Shown here in pieces: positions 16,074-20,000 of a DNA stretch of 20,000 nucleotides (its first letter is position 1; each line of letters begins with the position of its first letter). Origin of the DNA: an uncultured virus (IMG/VR IMGVR_UViG_3300042560_002469) (lineage: Duplodnaviria > Heunggongvirae > Uroviricota > Caudoviricetes); IMG/VR virus record IMGVR_UViG_3300042560_002469. The stretch is one strand, 5' to 3'. Made by a program: the position numbers and the translations under genes. The notes beneath the pieces are model-generated. The model made no database searches and was not told the origin of the DNA. It saw only the letters and a program-made list of their open reading frames with translations.

Positions 16074-19000
16074 TCCAAGAGCTGGGCTGTACCGAACAGG
16101 AATATCTCCAATTCAAGCAACGCATCGACTGGCTCAGCCGCGAACGTCCGGCGGAATATGCACATATTCCAGACGTACAAAACGATGCTTTAACTGTTGC
16201 GATTATTTCACTGGTTCTCGGCGTCGTTTCCCAAGGCCTTTCGCTGCTACTGGCGCCCAAGCCGCCATCGGCGCCCAAAGGGATTGAAAACCGGCAGCTA
16301 GATAGCATCGTCGGCCGTGACCGCTTCGCCCCGACATACGGCTTCCAGGCCAGCCAAGAACTAAGCCGCTACGGCGAAACGATTCCCATTGTCTTCGCCA
16401 GGCAAAAGTACGTCCAGCTCCCTCCTAGCCGCAGCGACTTTTCCTACGTCGGTGGCATCATGGTCGCCCCCAAGCTGGTGTGGAGTCGCATGTACTCCCA
16501 CGGCAGCTACCAGTCCGTCGACTTGGTCTTCCTACTGGGGCAGTCTCCTGTATCCAGAGGCCCATACGACACAGAAGCAGCCCGCAACGAAGACCGCGCT
16601 GGTATTTACATCGGCCAAGCTCCTCTTGATGCCCTCCAAGAATCTGACTTCCGGTGGTATTACTATTCCGGCGGTGAGCCAGTGCCAAATAGCTCTGACT
16701 ATCGACCAGCAACATTTGAGGGCAACAAAAATACAACCGGGCAAAGCAGGCTTCTGGGACTCCATCGCCGCTACGGAGATTTCTGGATTGGCGAAGGCGA
16801 ACGCGACAACGCATTTAGAAACCACACATTTAGCGGCTTGGAAAGCACAGGGTTTAGCCATGCTTATTCCTTGACCAACCGCGCCGTTTTTGGCGTGTAC
16901 AACGGCTTACCGAACGGCACGCCCTATCGCCTTAACTGGGAAATCGTGCCCTATCCCGGCGCATCCTCAGAACAGGCCGGTCAAACCCCAGTTGCCAAGC
17001 GCTTCCAGATCGCCGGCAACCCCAAAATGGCTGGCGTGGGACGTAACTATGCTCGCCAGTTCGGAATCGTCGAGCACATAAGAAACGGTCAAGTGACAAC
17101 TGCACCAGGCGATCGAAGCCAGGGCTTAAAAGTAGACACGCAAGTAGGCGATCAAATCACGATCATTTACAACGAGGGGCGCGTCAGGGACGAGCTTTAC
17201 TACGACAACAACAACCCCAACATCGTTGCAAACAAAAACCGCAACACAGGCGATGGCTTTTTGTATGCCAACCCCGACGTTAATGCCGTGGACAACCGGC
17301 AAGTGCGCGACGCCATCCAAGCCGAACACGAACAGCAAGATGACTTACTAAAGATCGGCACCAAATGGATGATCGGTAACTGTATTTTTCAAGTTACCGC
17401 CAGAAATCCAGCCAATACAATATACGATCGCAGCGACTTACAGCCTCGCACTGTTACTTTGGTATGCAAAGAAGTCTTCGATGGGACAGTCGGGAAGGTC
17501 GGCGTGTGTCACCGTGGCTTCGTCAACACCGAAACCAACCTCCCAGAAGGGCCAGACGGGGCAATCTATGACATCGGCCAAGCCTGGTTCCCAATCTGCA
17601 AAGCTGACATTGCATCGTTCCAAAATAGCCGTAGCTGTAACGTCACTGAAATCGGCATAAAGAGCAACGTCTGGAACAAACTAAACGGCATCTGCAATTT
17701 CAAGTCGGTACCCAACGTAACAAAACTACGGGATTACGACGTTCAAAACATTGCACTAACCGCTGGGACAAACCAGTCATACATACAGCGGGCTTCGTTT
17801 TTTGACGTCTACGTCAGGCCTGCAAACCAGTCATATGCTTTTAATCAGGGCTGGGAAAAACTAAATGACCATCCCTTTGCGGTGGTTGGATCAGCCCCGC
17901 AAGATCAGTTCAACTTTATCCGCATTGCCCATGGATTCGGGCAGTACGAATTCAGACTGCGCCCTGTTACTTCAGGTGAAATAAACCAGATACGCAATGC
18001 CGACGGTTCCTACACAAAAGCAACCATCAATGGCATAACCGTAGAAGGCCCCTGCTACCGACTCTATGTAGAAGGCGCCGTTCCTTATGCTGAAGGCCAG
18101 TACATTTCGCAAACAAAAACAACAAACTACGGGCTGTTCACGCTGTACATGATGGCAAAGCCTGCCAGCGTAAAAGAGCTGGCACTGGCGCCGGAAATGA
18201 TCAGCAATCCCGTGTATCAAGGAGGGGCCTCAACATACACTCCTCCCCCATCGCGTGTCCGGTTCCTTAAGGCAGTAGCCTCGGATGCGTTGGACATAAA
18301 CGCAAACGGATTCCGTATTAGCAACGGTATCGCTAAAGCCATCGACAAAGATCCTGATCCACGAGGAGCAGAACACAACACTTTCCATGGCACTCCAGTT
18401 ATCACATACTTCCCCTTCAACGTTGGCGGCATTTACACATTTTCCGAATCCGATAGCACCGCATTTCGCTACGACCAAGGTGGTCGCGTTGTGCGACTAA
18501 AGATAAAGCTGCGCTTGTACACCACGCCAGAAAACATAACAGCTACAAACTTCCTGAGTCACTGGTGGGAAATTGTAGAGCCAGACAACATCGAAATTTT
18601 GCAGTTGACCGGCAGTTGGACTGGCAACGAAATCTTTGTCATTCGTAGTCTTCTGCGAAATCCCGCCATCACCATTGACTACTACTTCCAAATTGTTGCG
18701 CCAGTTCCCATCAGTTCTCCGCCCACCCTCGGCGGCGAAAGAACATTTGAAGGCAATGTAGGCATTGCCGAGGTATCACACTACGCAAATTTGATTTCGC
18801 GCAGTTGCGACAACGGCCCAGAGCACGAAATTGTCTACATCAACGAAACCGTGGCTGTTCGCAGCAACAGCCCAGCTACATACACGGGTTGCGCCATGGC
18901 GGGCCTCAAGCTCCGCAGCACAGCAGAACTGAACCAACTGGAACAGCTTCACATTTACGCAAAGAACGGCATCAGCGTTACCAATCTGCGCCTGACCAGC

Positions 19001-20000
19001 AACGGCAACATTGTTGAAACCACTAGCTCTTCCAACATTTTCACTGACCTCGCCTACTACTTACTCACCAACATCCAGACCGGCGCTGGCGAACTGATCA
19101 GCTCTGATCTCATTGACAAAGCTCAGTTTGCCCGTACGGCAATGTTCCTTGAGGCCAACTACTTGTATTACGACGACGTGATCGTCGAACCTCAAAACCT
19201 GCGCGAATTTCTGGCACGCATCAGTACCTCGCTGCTTTGCAACCTTGTCATGCGCGGCGGCAAGTTTTCAATCGAACCCGCCCTCCCCATCGACACCACC
19301 CGCGACTACACGATGTTCGATGTCAAGGTGCCCATCTCGGGCATCTTCACCGAAGGCAACATCATCGAGGACTCCTTCCAGCTTGAGTACGTCCAAGCCC
19401 AAGAGCGCCTGCCCATTCGTGCCATGGTGCGCTACCGCACCGAACTGCCCAACCGCTTCCCACAAGAGCAAACAGCAGTCGTGTACTACACGGACCAACC
19501 CAACGGCCCACTGGAGGAGTTCAACTTCACCCACATCACCAGCCGCTACCACGCCGAACTGTTCGCCAAATATGCCCTGAGCGCCCGCCGCCACCGCACT
19601 CATGTGGTCAGCTTCCAGACGCTGCCCTACGGCCTCGGCTTGGCGCCCGGCGACTTCATCCGCGTGGTGACACAAGCCAGCTACGTCCAGCCTGGTGCAT
19701 CCGGCATCATCAAAGACAACGGCGCCATCATCACGCCCGCCCAGCTCACCAACGGCCAGAGCGTGCAGGTGTACTACTGGGACCGCAACGGCAGTCAGGT
19801 CAACGAAGACACGCTCACCGTCAGCATCGTCGACGGCCAGCCCAAAGCCAACAAACTGTTTGGCTCGATCTTCGCCATCAAAGACACAACAACGCGCTCG
19901 CTTGTCTACATGGTCGACTCCATCGACCTTGACGAAGAAGGCCTGGCACGCATCAGCGCCAGCTACTTCCCCATCGACGAAAACGGCTACAGCGTGGTCG
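16001..20000 (+). CDS. Tail tip / host-specificity protein (gpJ-like), 3'-truncated; missing from the supplied ORF track
   Basis: Read by hand, this frame shows no stop from 15905 through to the window end, and the track lists no complete ORF in it. Probable TTG start at 16001 (alternative TTG at 15953). Motifs LLPYERQLVQELGC, LLLAPKP, ELSRYGETIPIVF, SNIFTDLAYYLLT, IFTEGNII..SF and LAPGDFIRV. Confidence 0.88.
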   Translation, partial: MAPAYGVSCTPLLPQQLLPYERQLVQELGCTEQEYLQFKQRIDWLSRERPAEYAHIPDVQNDALTVAIISLVLGVVSQGLSLLLAPKPPSAPKGIENRQLDSIVGRDRFAPTYGFQASQELSRYGETIPIVFARQKYVQLPPSRSDFSYVGGIMVAPKLVWSRMYSHGSYQSVDLVFLLGQSPVSRGPYDTEAARNEDRAGIYIGQAPLDALQESDFRWYYYSGGEPVPNSSDYRPATFEGNKNTTGQSRLLGLHRRYGDFWIGEGERDNAFRNHTFSGLESTGFSHAYSLTNRAVFGVYNGLPNGTPYRLNWEIVPYPGASSEQAGQTPVAKRFQIAGNPKMAGVGRNYARQFGIVEHIRNGQVTTAPGDRSQGLKVDTQVGDQITIIYNEGRVRDELYYDNNNPNIVANKNRNTGDGFLYANPDVNAVDNRQVRDAIQAEHEQQDDLLKIGTKWMIGNCIFQVTARNPANTIYDRSDLQPRTVTLVCKEVFDGTVGKVGVCHRGFVNTETNLPEGPDGAIYDIGQAWFPICKADIASFQNSRSCNVTEIGIKSNVWNKLNGICNFKSVPNVTKLRDYDVQNIALTAGTNQSYIQRASFFDVYVRPANQSYAFNQGWEKLNDHPFAVVGSAPQDQFNFIRIAHGFGQYEFRLRPVTSGEINQIRNADGSYTKATINGITVEGPCYRLYVEGAVPYAEGQYISQTKTTNYGLFTLYMMAKPASVKELALAPEMISNPVYQGGASTYTPPPSRVRFLKAVASDALDINANGFRISNGIAKAIDKDPDPRGAEHNTFHGTPVITYFPFNVGGIYTFSESDSTAFRYDQGGRVVRLKIKLRLYTTPENITATNFLSHWWEIVEPDNIEILQLTGSWTGNEIFVIRSLLRNPAITIDYYFQIVAPVPISSPPTLGGERTFEGNVGIAEVSHYANLISRSCDNGPEHEIVYINETVAVRSNSPATYTGCAMAGLKLRSTAELNQLEQLHIYAKNGISVTNLRLTSNGNIVETTSSSNIFTDLAYYLLTNIQTGAGELISSDLIDKAQFARTAMFLEANYLYYDDVIVEPQNLREFLARISTSLLCNLVMRGGKFSIEPALPIDTTRDYTMFDVKVPISGIFTEGNIIEDSFQLEYVQAQERLPIRAMVRYRTELPNRFPQEQTAVVYYTDQPNGPLEEFNFTHITSRYHAELFAKYALSARRHRTHVVSFQTLPYGLGLAPGDFIRVVTQASYVQPGASGIIKDNGAIITPAQLTNGQSVQVYYWDRNGSQVNEDTLTVSIVDGQPKANKLFGSIFAIKDTTTRSLVYMVDSIDLDEEGLARISASYFPIDENGYSVV

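Noticed and set aside
16057..19675. Numerous short ORFs listed on both strands in the last 4 kb
   Set aside because: All lie within the single long gpJ-like reading frame.
1..20000. CRISPR arrays, tRNAs, rRNA, IS elements, introns/inteins, DGR repeats, terminase, portal or integrase genes
   Set aside because: None seen by eye. Intergenic gaps are too short for RNA genes, and no long repeats were noticed.

Overview
This window is part of the morphogenesis region of a tailed dsDNA phage or prophage with siphovirus-type architecture. The tail-tip genes and tape-measure C-terminus look like picocyanobacterial siphoviruses, which is an inference. Gene order on the + strand: 5'-truncated GT4+GT25 double glycosyltransferase, radical SAM/Twitch enzyme, small head-region genes, a lone minus-strand XRE-HTH gene, DUF2213 protease/scaffold, cement protein, DUF2184-type major capsid, head-tail connectors, major tail protein, terminator, tail completion genes, tail assembly chaperone, ~1693-aa tape measure, gpL-like, NlpC/P60 gpK-like, and a gpJ-like tail-tip gene of ~1333+ codons that runs off the window and is absent from the supplied ORF track. 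The main discovery is three in-phase -1 ribosomal frameshift signals. One is the expected tail-chaperone site (A_AAA_AAA, 9620-9626). Two are unexpected and each is followed by a strong hairpin. A dnaX-like A_AAA_AAG (639-645) sits exactly in the GT4/GT25 linker, where a -1 slip hits TAA at once and would toggle a one-domain versus two-domain glycosyltransferase. A lambda-like G_GGA_AAG (2532-2538) would fuse a small DUF6496-like protein to an otherwise start-less conserved phage domain. Also seen are a probable nested scaffold start inside the DUF2213 gene and a GT + BtrN-like radical SAM glycan-modification cassette beside the head genes.
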